Shown here: in pieces, positions 26,501-38,231 of the stretch
Numbering within the stretch: position 1 is the first letter of the stretch
Layout: the number at the start of each line of letters is the position of its first letter
Assembly (NCBI GenBank): GCA_018398765.1
Contig: JAHBMJ010000058.1
Location: 1-57,364, forward strand
Length of the DNA stretch: 57,364 nucleotides
Reading direction: 5' to 3'
DNA from: Chromera velia
Lineage: Eukaryota
Notes under the pieces: model-generated
Told to the model about the DNA's origin: nothing
Seen by the model: the letters and a program-made list of their open reading frames with translations, nothing else
Database searches by the model: none
Made by a program: the position numbers and the translations under genes

Positions 26501-27809
26501 TGCTTAAGCCCAGTTGGAGCGCTAAACTCCCGGGTAGTATATACATGCATGGTTATTGTTTGTTAAGTTGCCGGTGGAGTTGATCAGTTAATCACTTTGA
26601 ATTCTAGAATAGGGAGACAGGCATCAAAGAGACAGACCGGATGCGAGCGTAGAAGCGATTAAATAACATTACAGATGAAGACTCTGAGTTCAGATATACT
26701 TGTACTGGGGAGTGGACAGTTACAATCATTTGAATTAATGGATTGCAGCTCAGCCAGGCAATGCAGGAATTCTCTTTCATCCAGCCACTTGGCATATAAA
26801 GAAAGTTTATACATAAAGTCATCAACATACTGAATACAAGAATCATGTACACAGAGTTTGTGGTCGCTACATTCAACAGACAGAGCACTGCTTTCGCCTT
26901 GAGGATTAAATGAGAGCAGACGTAAGAAACCGAACAGAAAGCCATCGGTTACTGTGAGAGCAGATCAAGAGAGGGCGGGAAAGGAGTAAAGACCAGAGGC
27001 AGATTTGTTACAAAGAAGAAACACAAACATGCGATGAGAGGAGGGAAAAGCTTGTTGAGGGGGGGTGAGCTTAGTAAGAAGAAAGAAATGTGAAGAAGCG
27101 ATATTAGCCCCTGCCCGCCGCGTGCAGACCTCTTTCGCAACTGCATATCTAGCTCTGCTCCTAGCTCTGCCCTTAAAGAAGAGAGCGCCGGTGCCTTGAA
27201 CTCTTCGTCGCTGCTGCCCGCTGATGCCAGGGTGTTGCGGCACTCCCACCCCCAACCATGATAGTTACACTAGTACAGTACAGTGTAGAGGCAAAACTAG
27301 TGTAGTACAGTACAGTACAGTACACTACAATTCGAGCAGCCCGCCCCGCCCTGCTTCATTAAGTTGGGCAGGCTGCCCGCCGTTCGTCCTACTACCTTTT
27401 TATAAGCCTTTAAGCTAAGTTTTTAGGCTACTTAAAGCCTACTTTTCCTTATGTTTTTAGCAACTTTTTACTAGTGTTTGATATTGAGAAAATTAAAGTC
27501 GCTCTAGACTTTGCTCAGTAATCAGGTAAAAGAACAAACCAACTGGTTTCGGCACTCTGCCCTCGTCAGGGATTCACTATTCCTATAAGATCACCGCACG
27601 CCTTTTTCACTTAAAGATAACGTCTCTCCTTTGGACAGAGCATCAAAGCTTTAAAGAACTCTTCTGAAGTAGTTTCCAACACCTCACTTGGTGAGGCGGA
27701 GCCGTGAAACTGAACGCAGCTCGGTCAGAGACCAAAACGTCGAATCATTTTTGCATTTGGGACTGTGTATTTGGAAAAATCATTTTTTTGAAAAATCATT
27801 TTTGTCAAG

Positions 27810-28301
27810 GAGCTTGAGATATACCTCGACAGAAAGGGCAAGCTCGCCGACCCTATCGCCATCGCAGCCCTGAAGCTCCGAGTCGTTGCCGATAAGGTGG
27901 ATAACCTCTCCTGGTCTAGCTCCTGGTGGTACCGGGATGACCTTGTAGAAGCAGCCCCCAAGAACGCCTCCCTTGCCACGGAGGTCTTTCAGGCTGCTAA
28001 TGTGGCGGGGGTCTGTGAGCAAGGGTTCTCTCTCTACGACCAGGTTTACTCTGGGAAAAAAAACCGTCTCACCCAGCCGCACCAGGACTTGCTGGTCACC
28101 ACACACGCCAACCTCCACTTCCAGAGGGTTCATCAGAGGAACGCCGGGCACCACAGGAGAGAGACCCAGATTTTGGGAATCCAAGGACTCGACCTTGCAT
28201 CGGACGAGTCTGCCGAGGCATTTGATGACGAGCTAGATGGAGAGATAGCGGTTGAATACCTGAAGAACATCGGACTGGAGTTCAGAGAGGCTGCTTTCTG
28301 A
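27810..28301 (+). pseudogene. hAT-superfamily transposase C-terminal (dimerisation) fragment
   Basis: WWYRDDL..APKNASLATEVF..AGVCEQGFS..VYSGKKNRL matches the hAT WW...LA...CERxFS...KRNRL pattern. No upstream catalytic exons recognised. Confidence 0.75.
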
Positions 28302-28463
28302 GTCACTGTAATTCATAATCATGATCACCATATCATAACTTAGCACACATTCATAGAGTATTAACGTAGGTTAAAAGACCCTCTAGGACGCTAGAAATAG
28401 AAGAATTTTTTTTTAAGATCTAGTACAGTAGTATAGTACAGTGTCGAAGTCATAGTACAGTAC

Positions 28464-28930
28464 CGGTTACACCATGGTTACTGACCCTACACCCCCCCTT
28501 TACAACGTATGACATGTAACCATCAGTCAAAAGTGGTGCCAATCGATTAGTTACGTTTGGTTACTCACAAAACTGGCTTCAAGATTGTTAAATAATTCAG
28601 GTTATGGTCAAAAATGATAAAAAATGATGTGTCACACTCACTTTGCCCCCAAATCTCCCATAACCGGGTAACCCATAACCTTTTTTGACCCTCCTCAAAA
28701 ATGAAGTAACCTCCTTCAAAAAACATTCAAACATGTTCTAAACATCATTTTCAATGCTTTCAAAAATTGAAAATTTGGTCGGTTACTGAGGTCAAAATGC
28801 TCATAACCGGGTAACCTGTAACCTCTTTATGTGACAAAGATAAAAAAGGGGTAACTCAAAGTAACCGCATAGCCTACACTTCAAAAACATCAGATTTTGA
28901 CGTAACTTGACCAGGCAGAGCTCCAAGTTG
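28464..28930. repeat. Cluster of GGTTAY/RTAACC hexamers, probable DNA-transposon subterminal repeats
   Basis: More than a dozen copies in both orientations just downstream of the hAT fragment; one more at ~33452 beyond the LINE. Confidence 0.55.
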
Positions 28931-31900
28931 ATGATTTTTCCTTTTGCTCTGCTGCCTCGCATGCTCCTCCCAAATCGTCCTCTTCTTCTTTTTCTTCTTT
29001 TTCGGATCCTTCTTTTCCCCCCTCCTCCCCTTTCTCCTCTTCCTCTTCTTCTTCTTTTTCTTCTTTTTCTTTTTCTCCTGTTCTACTTGTATTAGGGCAT
29101 AAAAGGTTACACGGTGGTGAGAGATGGTTTGAAATTAGGCGTTCTCCTGATTTTGGTCTTAAATGGGTAAAGGAAAGGGACTTGATGAAAGAAAGTCGGA
29201 GGATGAGAGAATAATCATACAGAAAGCCGTGAGAGAGTATTGGAAGGTAAGAAGAGGCAAGTTCAAGAAGCGAAGGAATGCTTGCTACCAGGACTTGACG
29301 GTGTCTCACCCACGGGACCGTCTGCGCTTTGCTTACATCAATGTGGGAGGATTGCAGCGGAAGATAAAAAATGGGGACATTCGTTCATGGCTCACTGAAA
29401 CGGATGCGGATGTTGTGGTTCTGGTTGAAACACAACACCTGTCCTGCGATCTAGAACTGGGGGGTTGGAAAGGAGTAAATTGGTCATATAGGGAATGGAG
29501 AAGGAGAAAGACAAAAGTCCATTCCGCTTGTGCAGACAAAGAAATCCGGTCTGGAGGTGTATGCATTTTGGTCAAATCGGACCGTTGGGGGGAACTCAGA
29601 CCGGAGTTTGAGCTGGTAGGGCCGAGCATCGCCAGGGTGGCTATCCACTCGTCGGGTAGAAAACTGCATGTGTTTGGGGTGTATTTGCCGGGGGGTTGGT
29701 CAAATCATAAAAAAGATGACACGAAAGAGATCCTGTCTGATTCCCTGTGCTCTGTCCCCCTGGGAGAGCCGAGAGTGGTCCTGGGGGACCTCAACTCTCA
29801 CACGGCATCGCTCTGTCTAGAAGGTCTCGAATAGAATCGTGAGCAACTGTTCAAACAGGACGAATCTACCGGCTCTGACGAGTCGGCCCCTCTTTCATCC
29901 GGCATTCAGAATACAAGCAGTCAGTCGACCCCATGGGCCGTGAATTGGTACGTCTTTGCGGTGAAAGCAACCTACTCATCCTGAATGGTCTGCAAGGGAA
30001 GTGTGGGGGCAAAGACTTCCGCTTTTCGGGTACTTGTACCTGTAAATCAAAGAACACGAAAAAAGAGGCATCCGTTGTCGATTATGCATTGGTTGACCCT
30101 TTCCTTCTCTCCTCTTGCACGGACTGGGAAATCGCTTTCGATGGACTGATTGGCTCCGATCATGACCATGCATCTATCTGTTTTTCTTTCCTCTCTTCTT
30201 TGTTTGAGGCTGCGGGAAAGTAGACGGATGCCCCATCCCTGCAGCAGTGCCCCCCGCTTTACAGATCCATCAGAAAGGCAGCGGTGAAAGATGAGGATTT
30301 GCTGCTAATAGCGGCAGCAGCAAGAGAGCTGGTGGGAGAGACATGGCAGGGACTCTGGGAGCATCATAGAGAAGTTGAACCATTCGAAGAGCCTCCCCTT
30401 CCCCCACCCCCTCCTGTATCTTCCTCCCCACCCTCTTCGACAGCCTTTTTGCCCTTTTCTTTGATCTCCTCCCCAGTGAGCCCTCAAGATAAGAAAGACC
30501 GGGTGAAAGCCTTGGCCACAGCCTGGTGTCGGGTTTTGGTTAGGCTGGTGAAGGAAGTAATAGCGAAAGCGACAGAGAAGCAACAGTCTCCTACCTTCAA
30601 AATGTTGTTTAGAGAGAAGGAAGGGTGGTGGGATGAGGAATGTAAAGAGCTGCAGGAATGCCTGAAGAAAGTAAGGAAAGAAGTTGAGGACTGTGCAAGT
30701 GGGGTGGAGAGAGAGTTAAAGCAGGAAAGGGTGGAAGACATCTTAAAAAAAAGGAGAGAGATCTTCCGGTAGAAAAGGAAAAGATTTGAGAGAGCGGAAA
30801 CTGAAAAAGCAAAGACACATTTGCTAGCACATTTGCTTAATGACCCCCTCTTCCTTTGAAAAGAAAGGAGAAAGTTGTCGAAAGACGGTCTGAGACCAGG
30901 GGCAAGAGACTTCTCAAACCATTGAGCACAGGTTTTGGGGGAGGGCAAAGAATTGCCAGAGCCTGATCCGGAGCCGGAGCCCCCGAAGCAATTCATTTTC
31001 TCGTATAAGCAGGTGACTGATCGTCTGAAAGGAATGGATAGAAAGAAAGCAGCAGGGCTCGATGGCATCTCTCCTCAACAACTCGACCTTTGCTTTTGCC
31101 ACTCTCCCATCTCTTGCTTCCTTTTGTTTGTTTTCTTTAATTTAATGCATGCATATGCATGTTGGCCTGATAACTGGAATTGGTTGAGAATTGTACCCAT
31201 CCCGAAAGGTCCCCCTTCGTCACAGCCGAATGACTGGCGTCCAGTCCATGTCATTAACCCCCTTGCAAAGCTCTTTGGTCTCCTTATAGATGATAGAATC
31301 CGTCAGCAAGCTCGTTTTGACGACAGATAGATCGGGTTTAGGAAAGGGGTGGGCACAAGAGAGGGGATTGAAGCAGTGGTAGGCTTGGTACAGGAATGCA
31401 GAAGAGGCAAGAAGGGGCTCCTGGGCGGATTTGTCAACTTCTCAAAGGCGTTTGACTCCATCCCTCGGCTGAAGCTTCTGGCAAAGCTGCAGGCTGAGAG
31501 AATAGAGAAGAAAGATCTGTTGATGATTGCATCAATGTATAGAGGCGTGAAAGCGAGAGTCAATGGGGACTCGGCTCTATTCCCGGAGGGGGCAGGGGTT
31601 AAGCAAGGTGATGCGTTGTCCCCGTTGCTTTTTCTATTATTCATTAATGACCTGCATGATGAGATTCAGAAAGGAAAACGGGGAGATGGAAAAGAAACAG
31701 AGGGGGTTCACCTTGCTGGGGCCAGTTTGGGAAGTATAGGCTACTCTGATAATCTTGTTTTGTTTGCATACTCAGCAGCGGACCTCCAAGCAAAATTCGA
31801 TGCCCTGGAGGGGTATTACAGAAAGTGGGGGTTGAATGTCAATCTAAAGAAAACCAAGGTCCTGCGCCTTTGTAAATACCGCGAGGACTGTAACGGCATG

Positions 31901-33274
31901 ATTTTATACCAAGAGAAGGAAGTAGACTGGTGTGATCAGGACAAATATTTGGGTTGCCTTCTGTTTGAGGGAGGGGATTTGACTCGGTCGATTGAAGCAC
32001 GCCTACGCAGTGCAGATCGTGCAATGGGAGCGGTGATTGGTCTGGCTGCGAGTCTGTCTGGGTTGCCTCTCAGGGGAAAGATGCAGCTGCTGAAGGCGTG
32101 CTGGGAGCCAGTGGCACTCTATAGCTTGGAGTGCTTTCCGATAAGATAGGGAGACTGGGAGGCGATTGACAACTTGCGGCTCTGGTTTGTTTGATGGGCG
32201 GCCCGACTTCCGGTCAGGAGTTTGCGTGTACCCTCTCTTTTGTCTGTTAATTTAATGTCTGCTCGCGCGCTCTTGTATGCTCGTTTTGCTTCATTCTGGA
32301 TTGCACTTAGCCGTTCGCATCTCCGTATTTTTCAGGCTCTTTTGAATGCATGGAAAGGACCAGCGGGGCAGAAGCAAAGACGAGCCGTCAATGGTCTGTT
32401 CAGATGGGCAGGCCTTGACTTTTTGACGTCTCTCCCTGTTCAGAGCTCAGAAAGACAGGCCCCGAAGGGGAATTTGTTTGTTTTTGCCAAAATTAAGAAT
32501 GCCTGGGGAATGGAATGCATGAAAAGGGGAGACAGAGAAGAAAGGGGCAACTTCCCCCTGTCTGCCTCTTTATCAGGACTACAGAGAGCTCTTCCGTCTT
32601 CTTCACGTTCTTCTCTATTTCTTTTGTCTTCAAAGAATGGCCCCAAGGTACGGATGTCCTGTCTGCTGAGAAGTGCCTTATATGAGAAGATTGAGCCACT
32701 CCTAAGGGCATTAACACTAAATCGGAAAGGTCTAATGGGGGGGGCCAACTCTCCAGGAGAGGTGTTTTATCTGGCAGAGGGTTGTTCAAATGGAAGAAAA
32801 ATTGATAATCTCTGGCACCGGCTTTCAGTATGCTCCAATTGGGTAGAAACAAGAAATAAACTAAATAAAGTGGTAGAGGGAAAGAAAGTGAAGCAAAGGA
32901 TTTAGAGAGAAGGAATTGAGGGATCGGATACAGCCGAAACAGAAGCGAGGAAGATGTTGCTTTTGGCTTTACAAGTCGATCCATATGAAGCATGCAGAGC
33001 CGTTTGCGATCTTTGTTACTCACTGTGCACACCTGTCTCTATGTGAACACGACCTTTTCTTTTTCTGTTCGAGTTTTATATTGCCACCTCCAATGCGCAT
33101 GCTGCTCGTGAGCTCACCAAGCGAGCACTTCAGGGGATCTCGCGCTTAGCCTTATCTCTAGAGTTGAGTGATTGACAATCTCTTGCATGAACATGGGCTG
33201 CTGGGAGCACGGCTCCACTCTAGCAAAGCCAACTTCATTCATTCATTCATTTATTCATTTATTCATTCAACTTA
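28931..33274 (+). mobile_element. APE-RT LINE (RTE/RTEX-like), near full-length, inactivated
   Basis: APE motifs INVGG, DVVVLVET, GGVCILV, VLGDLNSH, VVDY, SDH. RT motifs KAAGLDGI, IVPIPK, FVNFSKAFD, GVKQGDALSPLLF, YSDN, KYLG. (TTCA)n tail 33234-33269; 112-bp TSD. Eight in-frame stops and one frameshift in 29163-32905. Confidence 0.93.
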
Positions 33275-33386
33275 TAACCTCTTTATGTGACAAAGATAAA
33301 AAAGGGGTAACTCAAAGTAACCGCATAGCCTACACTTTAAAAACATCAGATTTTGACGTAACTTGACCAGGCAGAGCTCCAAGTTG
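33275..33386 (+). repeat. 112-bp target-site duplication (other copy 28819-28930)
   Basis: Direct repeat flanking the LINE exactly, with one C/T mismatch. Confidence 0.92.
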
Positions 33387-34766
33387 CCGGACTGGCTCGC
33401 AAAAATCTGTTTTTGTTCATATTTTATGTTATTTTACGCTCAAAATCCACCATAACCTTCCAGAGTGCCCCCCCCCTAGAGTACAGTGCAGTGTAGTACA
33501 GTGTAATACAGTGTACTTGTGCAACTATGCGGGCCCCAACGAACAAACAAAATCTAGACTAGCCTAATGAAGCAGCCGCAAGGAGGCTTTCGAAAACTCT
33601 GGACAAGTGTTTCTCTTCTAGGCACGCAGCATTGTAGCAGGAACGGTGTGCATGGTTTGCGAGAGCGAGCACTACCAGTCAGCCACTCTAGAGTAAAGTA
33701 AGGCTTTTGAAGGAAGCAGGCCGAAAATATATAGGGAGGGCAAATGAAGACTACGAGCAGACAGGTGGCCAGACCAGTATACAAAACGGAGCTGCAAAGC
33801 ATCGATTATAAGAAGATCGGCATCACGAAGAGGGAAGTATTCGAGGTAGTACAGTGTGACAAGGGACTAACACGCTCTAAAAACAGTCATCTGCGCATCT
33901 ACACTGAGGGGACCCGGGCTGGTAATCAGACTAAACACAGCCCCCAGGGCGCGGGAGGCCGAAGCAATACGCGATTTAACTGTCTCACTGAGGCATCCCC
34001 CCTCTAAGAACAGGCACCTCAGGTACTTGTATTCCGTTACCCATTCAACCTCTTACGGCGGAGAGTATTCTTTTGCCAGTGCTGGGGCTATTACTGCGAC
34101 ACAGGCACCGAGGGACACTGATGGAGATTGGGAGTAAATGGAGAGCCCCAGTTTCAAAACTAAACTTCTAGACTGAACCGAATGCATGTAACATCATTAT
34201 GACTTAAAAAAAAAAAAAAAATGATCAAGTTGATGCATGTTGAGAAGTAGACGTTGATGACGACTTGACGTTTGCGTTGACAAATCGATTCAACTTACGC
34301 ACCGGCCGGCGCCGCGGCCCATACGCGGGGCATCCGTGGGGGCATCCGTGGCAGCGGCCGCAGTGTTCAGTCCATCTATCCACATGATTCCACATGTCGA
34401 CATGTCAGATATCATAGCTGGCCTGCCAATGCCTGCTGCTGCTCACTCTTTGCTGCAGACAGTAAAGAGTGCCAGCACGAGTAATCAATCGCATTTGCGT
34501 GACACGTCCTGAAATCGTTGGTGGCTTGTCTTGGAACATTCCTGCTTGCTCGTCGATCGTGCCAAGGAGACGGTAGACTAATCTTTCCGTCTCCGATTGA
34601 TCTCTTGTGGATCTACCCTTCTCTGGCATAGGGTCCTTCTGTCTCTCTGCCTGTGAACTTGTACCTCCACATCCTGGAGGTAGATCTCATCCCTAAACCA
34701 GCTCAAATTCGTTTTTCAGCATCAAAAGACTCCGCCCGCTTCCGCGTGGTCCTAATTGATTTAAAG

Positions 34767-35961
34767 ATGTCGCGGCCCAACTACAATACGTACAACCGCA
34801 TTGGGGAGAATGCTTTCGGGAAAATGGAAAAGCTGGTCCGTTCAAGCAGTCTTTCGGTGGTCTGGCTTTGTTTCTGTCGGTAATGGTGGGTGTGGCGGGT
34901 AGACGAAAGTGCGCAATCCGAGAACCGCAGCTTGACTGGCTTTCGCATAGTCTCAAGGCAGAATGACAGCAGACAGGATCAAAATGGGGAAAGAAGGGCA
35001 GCGCGGGACTGAAGAGGTGGATTTGTCTCTTCCGAAGCAGGGAGAAGAAGGGGGAGCTTTTCATTTTTTTCCCCGTGTCAGTGGGCCTGCATGTGTGATC
35101 GTGTGTGAATGATCAGGTCTGTATCTCTGCTAGCTTTCGTGCACGCCTGCGTACCCGCATACACGCTTGCCTGTATGCATGTATGTGTATGTATTCCCAG
35201 TTTTCGTTTGTGTTCTCTATCCTTTTCTCTCAGAGCGGCGAGTTGCTGTCGATGACCTACGGTTCCCTGGTCACGCAGCTGCTGAAAGACCTCGACCACG
35301 TGCAGGTCGTCAACGAGCAGCTGGAGAAAATGTCAGTCGGGGTCGTTGCTTGACGGGGGGCGGAGCAATTGAAATGGGGAACAACAAGGTAAAGGAAAAG
35401 GAAGTGACAAATGAGGGAAGTCTGGATACCAGGAGAGAGTTAGCAGATCCTTGAATCCACATGAGAGGCCGGTCTGTGCGTGCCTTCATTTGTGCATCCA
35501 TTATTTCTTGGGTGTCATTTGCTGTTTCTTTTACGCTATCTATTTTGTGCTCAGCTCCATGCATGCATGAGTGCATTGCAGGGGGTTCAACATCGGGATC
35601 CGCCTCGTGGACGAATTTCTCGCCAAGTCGGGCGTAGGGGCTTGTCAGGACTTTCGTGAGACGTGCGAGGTGATCGCGAGAGTGGGGCTGAAGATGTTCC
35701 TCGGTATTGCAGGGGAGGTGGGAGGGTGGAATTCTGAGATGACGGCGTGCTCGATTAGCCTGCCTGAAAACCCTCTTTGTCATGACTTTGTGGAACTTCC
35801 CCCTTCTCTGGGGGATCTGTGCTACTCAAACTTGTTGTGCGGTCAGTTGACTGTCCTAAGCATGTCTCTTTGCGTCTGTCTTCCTCTCATTCTCTTTGTG
35901 TTTCTCTTTCTCTTTCTGTCNNNNNNNNNNNNNNNNNNNNNNNNNNNNNNNNNNNNNNNNN

Positions 35962-35992
<31 letters not shown>

Positions 35993-36577
35993 CGAAAGAA
36001 AGGAAGCGTTTCGGAAAAAGTGAAGTGAAGAAAAGACGATATAGTCTGTCTGTCTGTCTGTCTGTCTGTCTGTGCATGAGTCCGTCTATCTGTCTGCCTA
36101 GTTTAATTGACACAGGGGTGAAAAGGCAGTACGGAAGGGAGGAGAAACAAAACAAAGCCTGTCTGTGAGCGAAAAGACGTTTATGTTGTCTCTGTGTGCG
36201 CCAGTCTGTGTTAATGTCCATCCAAACATGTATGCATCCATTCAGCCATCCATCCATTCACCCATCCGTCCGCGCGTTTGTGTCTTTCTTTTCGTCTCTC
36301 TGGTCCATCTAGGTCTCTGCTTGCCTGTCATCGGACGTGTTTGTCTGTAATTCTGTTTCGTCCATCGCCATGTCTTGGTCTGCTTTTCACAGTGGGACGG
36401 TCGGGCCGCCTCTTTATCTCTCAATTAACTTTGCGGATTGTCTCTCTGTCTGGTTTTGTCTTTACCGACTTCACCTGCTGTACACTGTCTGAACGTGCTC
36501 TTTCTGGTTTCGGGGCGCCAAGCCGAGGGTTGTGAGGAGGAAGGGACCGCTGTTTCTTTTCTATGACTGTGTGCGTA

Positions 36578-36613
<36 letters not shown>

Positions 36614-36655
36614 ATGTGTGTGTGCATGTTTGTGTGTGTATCTATGTGCATGTTC

Positions 36656-36692
<37 letters not shown>

Positions 36693-37696
36693 TATCTATG
36701 TGCGTCCATGCGTGCAGGGGTTGTCAGGGGTGCTCTCGAAGAGGTCTGCTACGTGATGGGTGTCGCTGTAAGGGAGAAAGCGGTTCCACAGAAAAGGACT
36801 AGGTGCCCTCCCTCATAGCAGAGGCGGAAGCAAGCAACGGAGGAGAGTGTTTCATTTCAGCATGAGCCGTTTTGGATGCTTCTGGCTGTTACATCCTTCC
36901 TCTCTTCCTCTCTTCTCCCCTCTGATATTTTCCCTTGCTCAGTTTTCATTCCAAGGAGGGAGGTTGCCGAGGGGATTCCTGTCTTTGTTTCCGGTCTCTT
37001 CGTTTACTGCGGGTCCTGTCCTGCTTTCTGTCCGTGCTTCCACAGTCGCTCTCAATAGCTACTTTGAATGGACTTCGACATGCAGTGCGGCCTGTGGCTG
37101 CCTCGATGGGTTTTGAGGATTCATTCCTGTGGCTGCCTCGATGGGTTTTGAGGATTCATTCCTGTGGCTGCCTCGATGGGTTTTGAGGATTCATTCCTGT
37201 TGTTGATTTGAATTGAATTGAAGTTCCCCCCTCCTTTTTGAGTGAGTGCAGCTGCACATGAAGGTCAACGTATTCTTTCTCAAGGTCGGTCGGTGACTTT
37301 TTCGAGTCTTTCGCAGGCAGTAGCGAAATCTGTTTCTTTTCCTTTCTTTCCCTCCTAACTTTCTGCCCTTCTTTCTTCATTCATTTCTTTTCTACTTCTT
37401 TCCTCACTTACGTGTTTCTTTCTCTTTCTCGTCAAGTCTTTTGTTTTGTCTGCATGCGCGTCTACATGTGTCTTCATGTGTATATGTCACGGACCGTGTA
37501 TACGTCTGTTCGCTTGCGTCAAAGTTTGGGGGAGCCGTCTGGCGGGGCAGATTGGCGTGTCGGGAGGTGCCGCGATCCCCTTCAGAGAAGAGCAGTGGAT
37601 TGAGAGTAGAGAGAGACGCATGGACGTGACGGCATGCAGTGCTTTTTCTTTGGAAAAAGCCGTGCACGGTGTGAGCACGGGCTTCGGCCGTTCGAG

Positions 37697-37733
<37 letters not shown>

Positions 37734-38231
37734 GAGATGCGTGTGTCTCGATGATCACATTTTTTCCTTCGATGAGGTCATGTGCGGACAGTCACACGCC
37801 GGTATGCATGAATGAATGCACGTGCAGGACACTTTGAAAGGAGACGACTCCACTGAAATTCGGATTGAACTCAAGCAAGTGAGTCAGTGGGGGACAAGAG
37901 AAAGAGAGAGCTAAAGAGGGAGGAAGCAAGGGGGAGTCTCAGAGAGATAGAGAGAATGCAACGAAGGAAGGAAAAAAGAAATAAAGAAAGCGGCCATGCA
38001 TGTGTGTGTGTTTGAGAAAGAGAGAGTCGGGATCGACAGTACAGGCTGATGATGAAATGGAAGGCAGGTGCAGACGAAGTGTGAAGGAACCAGTGAGTTG
38101 TCCATTACCGGAGTTAGACTGAGAGAGACGGTATTTTGCCGCCTCGCTGCTTCGCGTTTGTGTCATGGTGCGTCTCCATGTGCCAACTGCAGATTCTTGC
38201 GGAGACTTTTGTCGACGACGAAGACAATTGA
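34767..38231 (+). CDS. BET3: TRAPP complex subunit 3 (Bet3), 7 exons
   Basis: MSRPNY..KMEKL|SGELLSMTYGSLVTQLLKD..LEKM|GFNIGIRLVDEFLAKS..NPLCHDFVELP..YSNLLC|GVVRGALEE|LHMKVNVFFLK|DTLKGDDSTEIRIELKQ|ILAETFVDDEDN*, with GT-AG introns. Confidence 0.95.
37091..37200. repeat. 35-bp tandem repeat x3 in a BET3 intron
   Basis: CCTGTGGCTGCCTCGATGGGTTTTGAGGATTCATT at 37091, 37126 and 37161. Confidence 0.92.

Noticed and set aside
24400..27260. Short ORFs in the AT-rich interval (e.g. 26228-26461); likewise 33744-34007, 34405-34629 and 39003-39311
   Set aside because: No recognisable domain or supportable gene structure.
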